A stretch of DNA of 63,862 bases, filler included, from Octopus bimaculoides (GCF_001194135.2; 9 parts of 9 records of this genome joined end to end with filler, not necessarily neighbours in it), one strand, 5' to 3'. Positions 51,132-61,748 are shown, counted from the whole stretch's first letter. Program-made: numbers and translations. Notes: generated by a model not told the origin, from the letters alone.

Positions 51132-51470
51132 TCCTTTCTAGTGGAAGGAAAAGGCCTGAAATTTGTGGGAGAGGGGACCAGTCGATTACATAGATCCCCA
51201 ATGTTTCACAGGTACTTAATTTATCGACCCCGAAAGGACGAAAGGCAAAGTCGACCGCGGCAGAATTTGAACTCAGAACGTAAAGACGGACGAAATGCTG
51301 CTAAGTATTTCCTCCGGAGTGCTATCAATTCGGTCAGTCATTTCTACTATAGGTCTGAAATTTGGTGTGTGTGTGTATGTTTGGGGGTCGCGATTATATA
51401 AAGACGAACGAAATGCCGCTAAGCATTTTGTCCGGAGTGCTAACGGCTCTGTATATCGTCGCTTTCTTAA
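51132..51470 (-). mobile_element. Family B SINE plus a duplicated partial head
   Basis: GGTACTTAATTTATCGACCCCGAAAGGACGAAAGGCAAAGTCGACC; second head fragment at 51400-51470. Confidence 0.8.
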
Positions 51471-51486
51471 AATAATAATAATGATG

Positions 51487-51523
<37 letters not shown>

Positions 51524-51534
51524 TAATAATACTG

Positions 51535-52900
51535 ATGAGTCGGGGATAGTGGGATAGCTGAGTTTGGAAAATGGTGGAAGGATATGAGTGATGTCACCTG
51601 TTTATGAAGTTGTCTGTATGATTTGTGGATATGTAAGGAAAGTTACGTAGGAATAAGTCAAAAAGAGAGGCTGAGGGGACAGACCCCTGTGGAGCTCTAT
51701 TCAGGAAACTGCAGGTTCCGAGAGTATTGTTCTTGTACACTAAACAAACTTGTCTACATGACAGAAAGTTTCTTAACGAACACTTTGAATTGTTTCTAAA
51801 GATGGTGTTGAGTATTTAACTATTTAGCATTCAGATCATTCTGTCAAATGTAATGCTAATTTATTCAAATCGTTCTGAATTAATCATGCATTATCTCGTA
51901 ACTTCAAGATTTCAATGATGTGATTGTGTATTTTTAGAATGACACTGTAGGGTAGGTGTGAAAGACTGGATCTGGTCAGTTTGAACATAAAACAGGTAGA
52001 ATATTTGGGCCGGATATGGCCGGTTTGAATGCTAAAGGGTTAATGTACGAGTGGATAGCAGAGAACGGAGACGAAAGTTTTGTTGATGTCGAGGGTTGCT
52101 GGAATGGTACATGGTAATGGTTCTTTTATTGTTGAAGCCATTATGTGCTTCTTGCTTGTTGTGTTGTGAGTTCATGCAGTTTGAAAAAAAAAGGGGTTAG
52201 TGATGTCAAGGATCATGTTTACTAGAATCTTTGAGGGTTCGATAGAGGAAAGTGATGGGGTCTGTAGGATGTTCCTGTATTTGGGTTATTGTTGGTTCAT
52301 AAGAAATGTTTTAAATTTGTCCAACTACCAGATTCCGGGAATTTAACAGATTTGGTAAGAATATTTGTAGATGTTGTTAAATGCAGTGATTCGTTTGGGA
52401 CCCGAGCTATTTTTGGAGCGTCTTTGCGATTTTCTGTGTCCCTAACACATCTAAGATCTTTAATTCCTTTACCTATCTTTGAGGTGTCTGATAGAAGGAA
52501 GGGGTCACTATCGTGGTTTAGTTGGAAGCTGTATAGTTCTTGTTTTGTATTCTTGTGTACTTTGAGTGGTTTTTGGTGGCTGAGTTTCAGGAAATCCCTG
52601 AGTTGTTACACTGTGGGTATATCACCATGTTGCACTGTGAGTATATCACCGTGTTGCATTGTGGGTATATTATAACTATTATAACGTAATGATGTAACTT
52701 TTGCTGCTGCTGCTGCTGATGTTAATAACTCTAACTATTAGTGGTTTCTTTTTTCCTTTTATTTCTGTTCGAACAAATATCTCCCAGTTTCCTGTTTTTC
52801 TATGGTTTATATTTCCTTATTATTTCCTTGTTTGGTTGTTTGATGCTGAGTCTTATTTCGTTTGTCTTTCGTTGTTGTATTGTGTTCGGGGTTGTCTCAG
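51535..52900 (-). pseudogene. I/Jockey-group LINE RT fragment, interrupted by a MITE
   Basis: SYRPIT (cf. YRPISL), ATLDINKTFVSV (cf. LDISKAFDTV), RNFLSCRQ, PQGSVPSASLFDLFL (cf. PQGSVLSP.LF), TGDIT (cf. YADD); 24-bp tandem repeat at about 52600-52670. Confidence 0.8.
51820..52039. mobile_element. piggyBac-like MITE (220 bp)
   Basis: TTAA TSD at 51816-51819 and 52040-52043; TIRs CTATTTAGCATTC / GAATGCTAAAGGG. Confidence 0.85.
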
Positions 52901-53339
52901 CTTTTTATGAGGTTAGTTTATTTCTACTGTAGAATTGAGGTCGTATTTGTGGGATGTATTTCTTAAACACTTCTATAATTATTTTACACAGTCTGTCTCT
53001 ACTACGGTGTCTCGGTTGCTAATTGGGGTATTGTCGAAGTCTTCTGTAAAAAGAACCCCAAAGACCCTGATTCTGTTTCTTTCTTAATAGGTTTCATGTG
53101 AGTCAACAGAATATCCTAGAGAATGGCAAACGGAAGGAATGAAGATATAGAGATATTTGATTATTCAATGTTTTGCCGTCACTTGATAGATTCCAATTAC
53201 CAGACAATAATAGAACCTGTTGATGGTGTAAATTCCTCAAGTTTCACGAGTATATTTAAAGCATTTAAGCACATGAAAGTACTCAACCAAATAGGAGCTA
53301 CGACATACATACATACGTACATACATACATACAGCATAA

Positions 53340-53872
53340 AAGGCAGAAAACGTTGACAGATAAGAAATATAGGCTTTGCAAGACCAGGCTGAAAACATCA
53401 ACCACATTATTACCAACTGTGAGAGAATGTCTTCCAGATATTATCTTCCCATGTGGCATAATGTGGTGGCTAAAAAAGTCTGGAACAAGATAACAAAAAA
53501 GAAAATACCCACATACGAAGTTGACCACACTGAGACCGGAACTTAAAACGAAGTTAGCCACATTGGTGAAACTTAATGAAAAAAAAAAAATCAAAACAGT
53601 CACACAACCGGCCAAATATCGTTGTGTGGGACCACAGATAAGATATATTTTGTTGTGGAAATGAGCTGCCCTCTGGACACGAATGTGGTTAGAAAAATAC
53701 AAGAGAAAGAGGACATCTATGGACCATTGATGAGGAGATTGCAAATCTAGTGCAAGAGAAACACTTTCAGCTTCATGCCTATTATTATTGGAAGAACAGG
53801 ATACATACCAACCCGTCTGTAACAACGTATGGCCGAATTTCGGATCTTGGGGAAGAAAATGCAAATTCTTTA
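53340..53872 (+). pseudogene. R4/NeSL-type non-LTR fragment (CCHC knuckle and restriction-like endonuclease)
   Basis: RLCK..AENINHIITNC...HNVVAK; HNRPNIVVWD; VEMSCPLDTNV...EKEDIYGPL; MPIIIGRTGYIP. Confidence 0.8.
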
Positions 53873-53974
53873 GTNNNNNNNNNNTATATAATATCAACTT
53901 CTACCCTCATAAATAAATTTATATATATATATATGTGTATGTATGTATGTATGTATGTATGTATACGATGTATG

Positions 53975-54130
53975 TAGACAGTTTCTGTCTACCAAATCCA
54001 CTCACAAGGCTTTGGTCGGCTCGAGGCTTTGGTTGAAGACACTTGCCCAAGGTGCCATGCAGTGGGACTGAATCCAGCACCATGTGGTTGGGAAGCAAAT
54101 TTATTACCACACAGCCAAGCCTGCGCCTAT
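53975..54130 (-). mobile_element. SINE family A, 5' half
   Basis: GGCGCAGGCTTGGCTGTGTGGTAATAAATTTGCTTCCCAACCACATGG on the minus strand. Confidence 0.85.
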
Positions 54131-54339
54131 CTGTGTAGCATCCGTTTCAGGAATCTTTCGTATTTAATCATGTTAATGCATTCGTTGTTTCTAAAATTGT
54201 TTCTTCTTGATTGATTTACGAGTATGTTTTGATGATTTATAGACGACTGAAGGAAAGCTGTTGAGTTAGAAGCAGAATCTGGTGTCTGAAAAAAGAGATA
54301 ATGTGGTTGTGTGATAATTGCTTGTGATGTAAAGGGAAT

Positions 54340-54670
54340 CTAGTTAGTGATGCTGTTGCAGCCGCCCACCTCACAGCTATCCATCGCATGCGCTGATATG
54401 GACATCTCCTCCGTCTCCCGCTCGATCATCCTACCAAGGCTTTACTCTCATTCGACGCAGCTCTGTGGCAGGCCCCTCGCCAGATGGCTGGACGTGATTG
54501 GGGAAGAGCTCCAGAGGCTCGAAGTCACCTTGGAGAATTCAGAGGGGCTAGCACGGGACCGCCAGCAATGAAGAGCACTGGTGGACCTGGTCGGCTCTAC
54601 GCATGATGATACCTCTGAGACTACTAGCATGGAATGACCCCAACCACATCAAGCAAGAGCATGAAGCCAA
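54340..54670 (+). pseudogene. RTE-clade LINE 3' fragment
   Basis: HRMR*YGHLLRLPLDHPTKAL...GRPLARWLDVIGEEL...LARDRQQ*RALVDLVGST. Confidence 0.85.
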
Positions 54671-54907
54671 ACCAAGTGCACTGAAGATTCCTTCCGAAAA
54701 TAAAGTTTATGGGAGCGTAGTGTGTTTTTGAGTGTGTGTGCACGCGCTCGGATGTTTCTGTTAATGTGTTTTGTGTTACTATTTAAAAAAAAAATTACTC
54801 TGAAAGCTTGCATTCCTGTTGTAGATATTTCCCATTAATTTATGAATATCACTTGAAATATATCTATTTTGAACCTACGGCATTTTCTGGTCTATAAGTC
54901 AACATAA

Positions 54908-55072
54908 GGCAGGCGTGGCTGTTTGGTAAGAAGCCTGCTTCCCAACCACATAGTTCCGGGTTCAATCCCATTGCATAGCATCTTGGGCAAGTGTCTTTTA
55001 TTATAGCCTTGGGCCTACCAAAGTCTTGTGAGTGGTTTTGGTAGACGGAACCTGAAATAAGCCCGCGGTATA
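54908..55072 (+). mobile_element. SINE family A, 5' half
   Basis: AGGCGTGGCTGTTTGGTAAGAAGCCTGCTTCCCAACCACATAGTTCCGGGTTCAATCCC. Confidence 0.85.
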
Positions 55073-56950
55073 CACACACACACACACACAAATATTTATA
55101 TGTATGTATGTATGTATGTATATATATATACATACATATATATATGTATATATATATATATATATATATACTAGATGTACCNNNNNNNNNNNNNNNNNNN
55201 NNNNNNNNNNNNNNNNNNNNNNNNNTTAATTAATTAANNNNNNNNNNNNNNNNNNNNNNNNNNNNNNNNNNNNNNNNNNNNATATATATATATATGTATA
55301 TATATATGTATATATATATATATACATGTGTGCGTGTGTGTATCAATACATGTGTGTATGTGAATACACGAGTACATGTTTGTGTGAGTGTGTACGTAAT
55401 GTAGACGTTGTGAACGCAGAAGGTTTATATCTGTGTATTGTGAGACAATGGTTGCGTATATTTATTATTTTTTTCTTTTTTCTTTTTCTACCAATTAGAG
55501 TAAATTCCCTTTTATCCAACGGTTTCTCATAGCGTCTGTTACCGTTAATATCTGACGATAATGCATCGTAGTTCTTCGCTCCGACATTCGAATTTCCAAG
55601 TACTCGAATGACAACTTTTTATTGTTTGTTCTAAATAATAACATACATAGATAATTCTCTGTTCATCTAATATCGAGGTCTCATCCTTTTGTTGTAACTT
55701 TTTATATGTGTATGTGGGGGGGGGGTATGTGTGTGTGTGTATATATATATATNNNNNNNNNNNNNNNNNNNNNNNNNNNNNNNNNNNNNNNNNNNNNNNN
55801 NNNNNNNNNNNNNNNNNNNNNNNNNNNNNNNNNNNNNNNNNNNNNNNNNNNNNNNNNNNNNNNNNNNNNNNNNNNNNNNNNNNNNNNNNNNNNNNNNNNN
55901 NNNNNNNNNNNNNNNNNNNNNNNNNNNNNNNNNNNNNNNNNNNNNNNNNNNNNNNNNNNNNNNNNNNNNNNNNNNNNNNNNNNNNNNNNNNNNNNNNNNN
56001 NNNNNNNNNNNNNNNNNNNNNNNNNNNNNNNNNNNNNNNNNNNNNNNNNNNNNNNNNNNNNNNNNNNNNNNNNNNNNNNNNNNNNNNNNNNNNNNNNNNN
56101 NNNNNNNNNNNNNNNNNNNNNNNNNNNNNNNNNNNNNNNNNNNNNNNNNNNNNNNNNNNNNNNNNNNNNNNNNNNNNNNNNNNNNNNNNNNNNNNNNNNN
56201 NNNNNNNNNNNNNNNNNNNNNNNNNNNNNNNNNNNNNNNNNNNNNNNNNNNNNNNNNNNNNNNNNNNNNNNNNNNNNNNNNNNNNNNNNNNNNNNNNNNN
56301 NNNNNNNNNNNNNNNNNNNNNNNNNNNNNNNNNNNNNNNNNNNNNNNNNNNNNNNNNNNNNNNNNNNNNNNNNNNNNNNNNNNNNNNNNNNNNNNNNNNN
56401 NNNNNNNNNNNNNNNNNNNNNNNNNNNNNNNNNNNNNNNNNNNNNNNNNNNNNNNNNNNNNNNNNNNNNNNNNNNNNNNNNNNNNNNNNNNNNNNNNNNN
56501 NNNNNNNNNNNNNNNNNNNNNNNNNNNNNNNNNNNNNNNNNNNNNNNNNNNNNNNNNNNNNNNNNNNNNNNNNNNNNNNNNNNNNNNNNNNNNNNNNNNN
56601 NNNNNNNNNNNNNNNNNNNNNNNNNNNNNNNNNNNNNNNNNNNNNNNNNNNNNNNNNNNNNNNNNNNNNNNNNNNNNNNNNNNATTGTATATATATATAT
56701 ATATATATACTTGGAAAAGGATGCGTGGCGTTCGATCATATAATAATATAAATAATATATACATATATGCATATATCCATAAATATATGTACATATTTAC
56801 ATCTATATGTATACATACATGAATATATGGGTACAGGACATCAACGTTAAACACAATGAGAAACGAGAACATAAAAACGAAAACAGAAAACGAACTTTTT
56901 TCGAACAAGGAAAAAAACAAACAGAGAAACGAGACATGCAACATAAAGAG

Positions 56951-57030
56951 TATATCCCTTCGTCAGTTGTCCCTGTTCCAACTACTCCGCGTTTCGAAGG
57001 CAAGGACAATACGCGACTTCGTTGGAACAG
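56951..57030 (-). ncRNA. Putative non-circularly permuted (pseudoknotted) hammerhead ribozyme within a ~400-bp (TA)n-flanked element (56711-57110)
   Basis: Minus strand: CGCGU-A-UUGUCC(UUG) ... CCUUC-GAA-ACGCG ... (CAG)GGACAA-CUGACGA-AGGG. Stem III 5 bp, stem I 6-9 bp, all core nucleotides present, stem II weak. Confidence 0.55.
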
Positions 57031-57250
57031 TCCTTCCCGCAAAGCAAATTAAATGAAATTTGGAATTTTTTGCGGAGGGTGAAAGTGTTAACAAGAACAG
57101 GATCGCTATAATATATATATTAATAGTTATCACCAAGCTAACATGGTAGTCCAGGAAAATAGGACGAATGCTGAGTTGATTAACTCAAAGAGGCCATCGC
57201 TTCTAGCTAGATTTGTGTAAATGAACCTTCGAACTGTCAGCAGCAACGCC

Positions 57251-57322
57251 TGCTGGGTTCGGCTACTCCACATTGAGAAGGGTCAATCACCCCGAAACTA
57301 GTATGTGGATTTTGAACCAGCA
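57251..57322 (+). ncRNA. Putative extended type I hammerhead ribozyme with U3-A8 core variant
   Basis: UGCUGGGUUC-GGCUAC-UCCACA-UUGAGAA-GGG-UCAAUCAC-CCC-GAA-AC-UA-GU-A-UGUGGA-UUUU-GAACCAGCA: 6-bp proximal stem I, distal stem I, palindromic ACUAGU stem III, GUA cleavage triplet. Confidence 0.7.
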
Positions 57323-57924
57323 AGGGGAAGCACACAGGTTTGTGTGCCACTTAGCTAGCTAGAGGTGACGGCCTGCTGCCGTAGTCTCATTTAGAGAGAT
57401 TTAGAAATATTAATATATATATATATATATATATATATCCGTTCTCGTGTNNNNNNNNNNNNNNNNNNNNNNNNNNNNNNNNNNNNNNNNNNNNTTAATT
57501 AATTAANNNNNNNNNNNNNNNNNNNNNNNNNNNNNNNNNNNNNNNNNNNNACAAAGGGAGGAAGTAGAAGAATAGGTGAGCAACGAGAGGAAAAGAGGAA
57601 GTACGAGGGGGGAAAAGGAGATACGTAGTAGTAACAGAGGAAGAACAAGAGGGGTAAAGAGAGATACGTAGTAGTAAACAGAGGAAGAACGAGAGGGGGA
57701 AAATTGAAGAGAAAGAGAAAGAGATAGAGTAGCGTCGGAAAATATAAAGTTGTGAAAACTACTTACAGATTGGTGATGCTGTGTTCGGTCATGTAAAAAC
57801 AAATAGTAAATGAGTATATGCATATATACGTACAGGTATGTGCATACCGACATCCACCTGTATGTATAGGTGCATATCTGGGTACAGGACATTGCAAACA
57901 AAACGTAGACGAGAAAATGTATAT

Positions 57925-58800
57925 TAATAAATCTCAGGGTAGCAAAAAATTTTAGAAATTCTATTTACTACCAGTGGTCTAGCGAGAAGAAAAATTTAGT
58001 CAATAGACTATATATTATTCATTTAAATACAGTGTACATTAAAACACATCAGAGATGCCTATAATAGGACATCTAACCCGCTAGAAAGAGCAGCCAAAAC
58101 TCTACACCACAATTAGGGGTAATTTCGAAAGGGAATGAAAAATAAAAACATTTACCATCTATATTCCGAACCAGGTTTCAAGTTATTTTAGCAAAACAAA
58201 TTATTTTGCAAGGCCAACTGTCATCAGTGGAATAGCCTAGATTGACATATATGCACGAGGCACTTACATAGAAAACATGACTTGTGCATATATGTCTAAT
58301 TTTTCAAAAATTACCACGCATGTGCGGTTTTCCTTATCGGCAGCAAATACAAAAAAAATGCCAATTTTCTTCCAGAAATTAGCCAAAACACATTTTATCA
58401 TTACTAATAAATCTCAGGGTAGCAAATATTTTTTAGAAATTTTATTTGCCACCAGTGGTCTAGCGAGAAGAAAAAATTAGTCAATATACTATATATTATT
58501 CATTTAAAATACAGTGTACATTTAAACACATCAGAGATGCCTATAATAGGACATTTAACCCGCTAGAAAGAGCAGCCAAATGTTTTTATTTTTCATTCCC
58601 TTTCGAAATTATCCCTAATTGTGGTGTAGAATTTTGGCTGCTCTTTCTAGCGGGTTAGATTTCCTACTATAGGCATCTCTGATGAGTTTAAATGTACACT
58701 GTATTTTAAATTTATATATATATATATATATAAATTTAAAATACAGTGTACATTTAAACACATCAGAGATGCCTATAATAGGACATCTAACCCGCTAGAA
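57925..58800. repeat. Nested direct and inverted copies of a ~230-bp unit, ending in a 156-nt hairpin centred on (TA)n
   Basis: Direct copies 57925-58152 and 58405-58580; inverted copy about 58578-58713; direct partial copy 58732-58800. Confidence 0.9.
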
Positions 58801-58891
58801 TATATATACACACACACACACATATATGATTGACCGTTGACTGAACACTATTCAATTTTTTTTCTCCGTGTTTTTCTCCTTGTCTCCGTAT

Positions 58892-58928
58892 TCTTTCTGT
58901 TGAAGAGCGTATCTCGAAACGTCAAAGA
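58892..58928 (+). ncRNA. Minimal type I hammerhead-like motif (PLE-type) with A6U deviation
   Basis: UCUUU-CUGUUGA-A-GAG-CGUAU-CUC-GAA-AC-GU-C-AAAGA: 5-bp stem I, 3-bp stem II, palindromic ACGU stem III, GUC triplet. Confidence 0.55.
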
Positions 58929-59196
58929 CTTTCCGTATTCCCGAGCGTCATACTAATATATCCTTTTGTTATTTACACCACCTGTCCTCGTCTGTTGTTA
59001 TTATTTGTATATTCTCCCATATATATATACATATATATATACACACACATATATATATATAAGTTACAATACATAGGTTCAAGTAATATTAATCTAGTAG
59101 TATGCATAAAAAAAAAAAGCTCCTTAATGTATCATTCTACAAAACATATTGAATATATAGAATATATTGTATGATACGAGGGAAAATGATTAGGAG

Positions 59197-59748
59197 TGTA
59201 TAAAGTTATAAATGACGAGAGAAATAGTATCATGAAAATTTATTTAACTATAAGAAAATTCAAATATCATGATAAATTGTTTCATAGCTTAAAGCATCTG
59301 TAGGTAATTTATTTCATCATATTTAAGAATAGATAAAGTACTTACATGTCTGCATTAATACCAAAACTTTTTAAAGACAATGCAGAAATTAAGCTATATC
59401 CTCAGGTGAAAGTAGTCTTTGTTAAATACTAAAGTCTCGATGTAACATTTCAAGAACACAAAGTCAGTATTTAAATAGAATGTTAAAAGTTATGGAAGAC
59501 AATAATAATAAAATTAATGTAAAGTAATAAGATGATTGTCTAACAACTGGAAGAGAATTTTAGTAATATAATTACAAAGCAACTAGTAGATATTATTAGA
59601 CATGTAAGTAATTAATTTATTATTAAATTTATAAAATAAATTATCTTTACATGCTTTAAGTTACAAAACAATTTGTCATGATATTCGTATTTTCTTGTAG
59701 TTAAATATATTTTCATTATACTATTTTTCTGGTCATCTATAAGTTACA
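59197..59748. repeat. Old AT-rich inverted repeat (arms of about 160 bp), probably a decayed foldback/MITE
   Basis: AAATAGTAT.ATGAAAAT.TATTTAACTA.AAGAAAAT.C.AATATCATGA.AAATTGTTT and TACTTACATGTCT occur in both arms; the right arm abuts a family C SINE. Confidence 0.7.
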
Positions 59749-59749
59749 T

Positions 59750-60034
59750 TGCTCAGTGGTTAGAGTTTTGGGCTCATGATCATGACAAGACACTTTGTTT
59801 CCTGTTGCTCCAGTTCACTCATCTGTAGAAATGAGTTGTGATGTCACTGGTGCCGAGCTGTATCAGCCCCTTTGCCTTTCCCTTGGATAGCATCAGTAGC
59901 ATGGAGAGGGGTTGCTGGTATGCATGGGTGACTGCTGGTCTTCTATTAATTAACCTTGCCCAGACTTCTGCCTCGCAGGGTAACATTCTAGGTGCAATCC
60001 CATGGTCATTCGTGACCAAAGGGGAGGGGTCTTT
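59750..60034 (+). mobile_element. SINE family C with internal deletion
   Basis: GCTCAGTGGTTAGAG head; tail GGTGCAATCCCATGGTCATTCGTGACCAAAGGGGAGGGGTCTTT. Confidence 0.85.
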
Positions 60035-60066
60035 ATATATACACATATACATATATATATATACAC

Positions 60067-60121
<55 letters not shown>

Positions 60122-60123
60122 TA

Positions 60124-60903
60124 TATATTTATATAAAGGGCATTATTACAGAAAAATAATAACGCCACACAGTCGACTCTCAAAATAGCCACATTTAGTA
60201 CCTAATGTGAGGAAAAAACAACCAACAGAAGATGACCAACTTTCTTTTAAATAAACTTAACTGTGTATCGACCGATTTCGCGATTACTAGAATGAATCTA
60301 GATTTCGTTCATCAGCACAGTATTGTCCCAAAAATATATATAAATAAACAGAATTCTCACCTCACCAAAAACGAACAACTACGTATCCGACAGAGTAAAG
60401 GGAATGAAGTCTATCTGTAAAAGAGTTTTATCCTTTTTTGAATTTATTTATCAAATATATACACGGAATATATTCAATGTTGAATTTTTTATTCNNNNNN
60501 NNNNNNNNNNNNNNNNNNNNNNNNNNNNNNNNNNNNNNNNNNNNNNNNNNNNNNNNNNNNNNNNNNNNNNNNNNNNNNNNNNNNNNNNNNNNNNNNNNNN
60601 NNNNNNNNNNNNNNNNNNNNNNNNNNNNNNNNNNNNNNNNNNNNNNNNNNNNNNNNNNNNNNNNNNNNNNNNNNNNNNNNNNNNNNNNNNNNNNNNNNNN
60701 NNNNNNNNNNNNNNNNNNNNNNNNNNNNNNNNNNNNTAGTAATCGCGAAATCGGTCGATACACAGTTAAGTTTATTTAAAAGAAAGTTGGTCATCTTCTG
60801 TTGGTTGTTTTTTCCTTGCATTAGGTACTAAATGTGGTTATTTTGAGAAGTCCACTGTGTGGCGTTATTATTTTTCTGTACTAATGCCCTTTATATAAAT
60901 ATA
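60124..60903. mobile_element. Foldback/MITE with near-identical inverted arms of at least 166 bp
   Basis: 60124-60289 is the reverse complement of 60737-60903 with few mismatches; both supplied ORFs read MTNFLLNKLNCVSTDFAIT; the centre is partly a gap. Confidence 0.85.
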
Positions 60904-60960
60904 AACGAATAATTATATTCTTGGGAATAGAAATTTCCCTTATGAATTTTTTTACATATA

Positions 60961-61110
60961 TCATCATCATCATCATCATCATCATCGTTTAACGTCCGCT
61001 TTCCATGCTAGCATGGGTTGGACGATTTGACTGAGGACTGATGAAACTGGATGGCAACACCAGGCTCCAATCTAATTTGGCAGAGTTTCTACAGCTGGAT
61101 GCCCTTCCTA
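60961..61110 (-). mobile_element. 3' end of a (GAT)n-tailed SINE/LINE family; second diverged copy at about 61510-61675
   Basis: CATCATCGTTTAACGTCCGCTTTCCATGCTAGCATGGGTTGGACG...CTGGATGCCCTTCCTA shared with 61510-61675. Confidence 0.7.
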
Positions 61111-61244
61111 TATATACACACACACATATATGGACTTAAAGGATTGGTCACTATTTAGTCATATAATTTAGGAGTTAGTTATAGGTTTACTTATTGAATT
61201 TATTTACCGATACTATTGTACATAGGATAAATGTGTTTTTTTGT

Positions 61245-61281
<37 letters not shown>

Positions 61282-61700
61282 AACACATATATATGTATAT
61301 CCATTTATATAGCATACTTAATGTATAGACACTGTTGATAAGACAGTTACTGCAGTACATATCCTGAGTTAGTGTCTGTTATGAACTTGCTGTGTTAGAA
61401 ATAAAATAAGTATCACAGACAAATATAATGCAACCTAGCAGAGGCCAGCAAAAGAGCCAGATGCATTTCAGCCATTTTCGGTTTTTTCAGATACATGCGT
61501 TCATACATACATTATCATCATCACAATTGTCTAACATCCATTTTCCATGCTATCATGGCTTGCATGGTTTCACAGGAGCTGGCCAACCAGGGATCTGTCC
61601 AGACTCCAATCACTTGTTGTGGCATGGTTTCTATGGTTGGATGCCCTTCTAATGCCAACCACTTTACAGAGTGTGCTGATTTATATATATAATAATAATG

Positions 61701-61748
<48 letters not shown>

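Noticed and set aside
55552-55558. CTGACGA as a further hammerhead core
   Set aside because: No GAAA/NUH with compatible stems nearby in either order.
58679-58685. CTGATGA in the palindromic unit as a hammerhead core
   Set aside because: The other copies of the unit read CTGATGT; a point variant with no partner strands.
59340-59346. Donor-like GTAAGTA on both strands (here and near 59602)
   Set aside because: Explained by the old inverted repeat; no matching open exon.
61031-61047. CTGAGGA...GAAAC as a hammerhead
   Set aside because: No stem II, stem III or stem I pairing; it lies in a diverged SINE/LINE tail.
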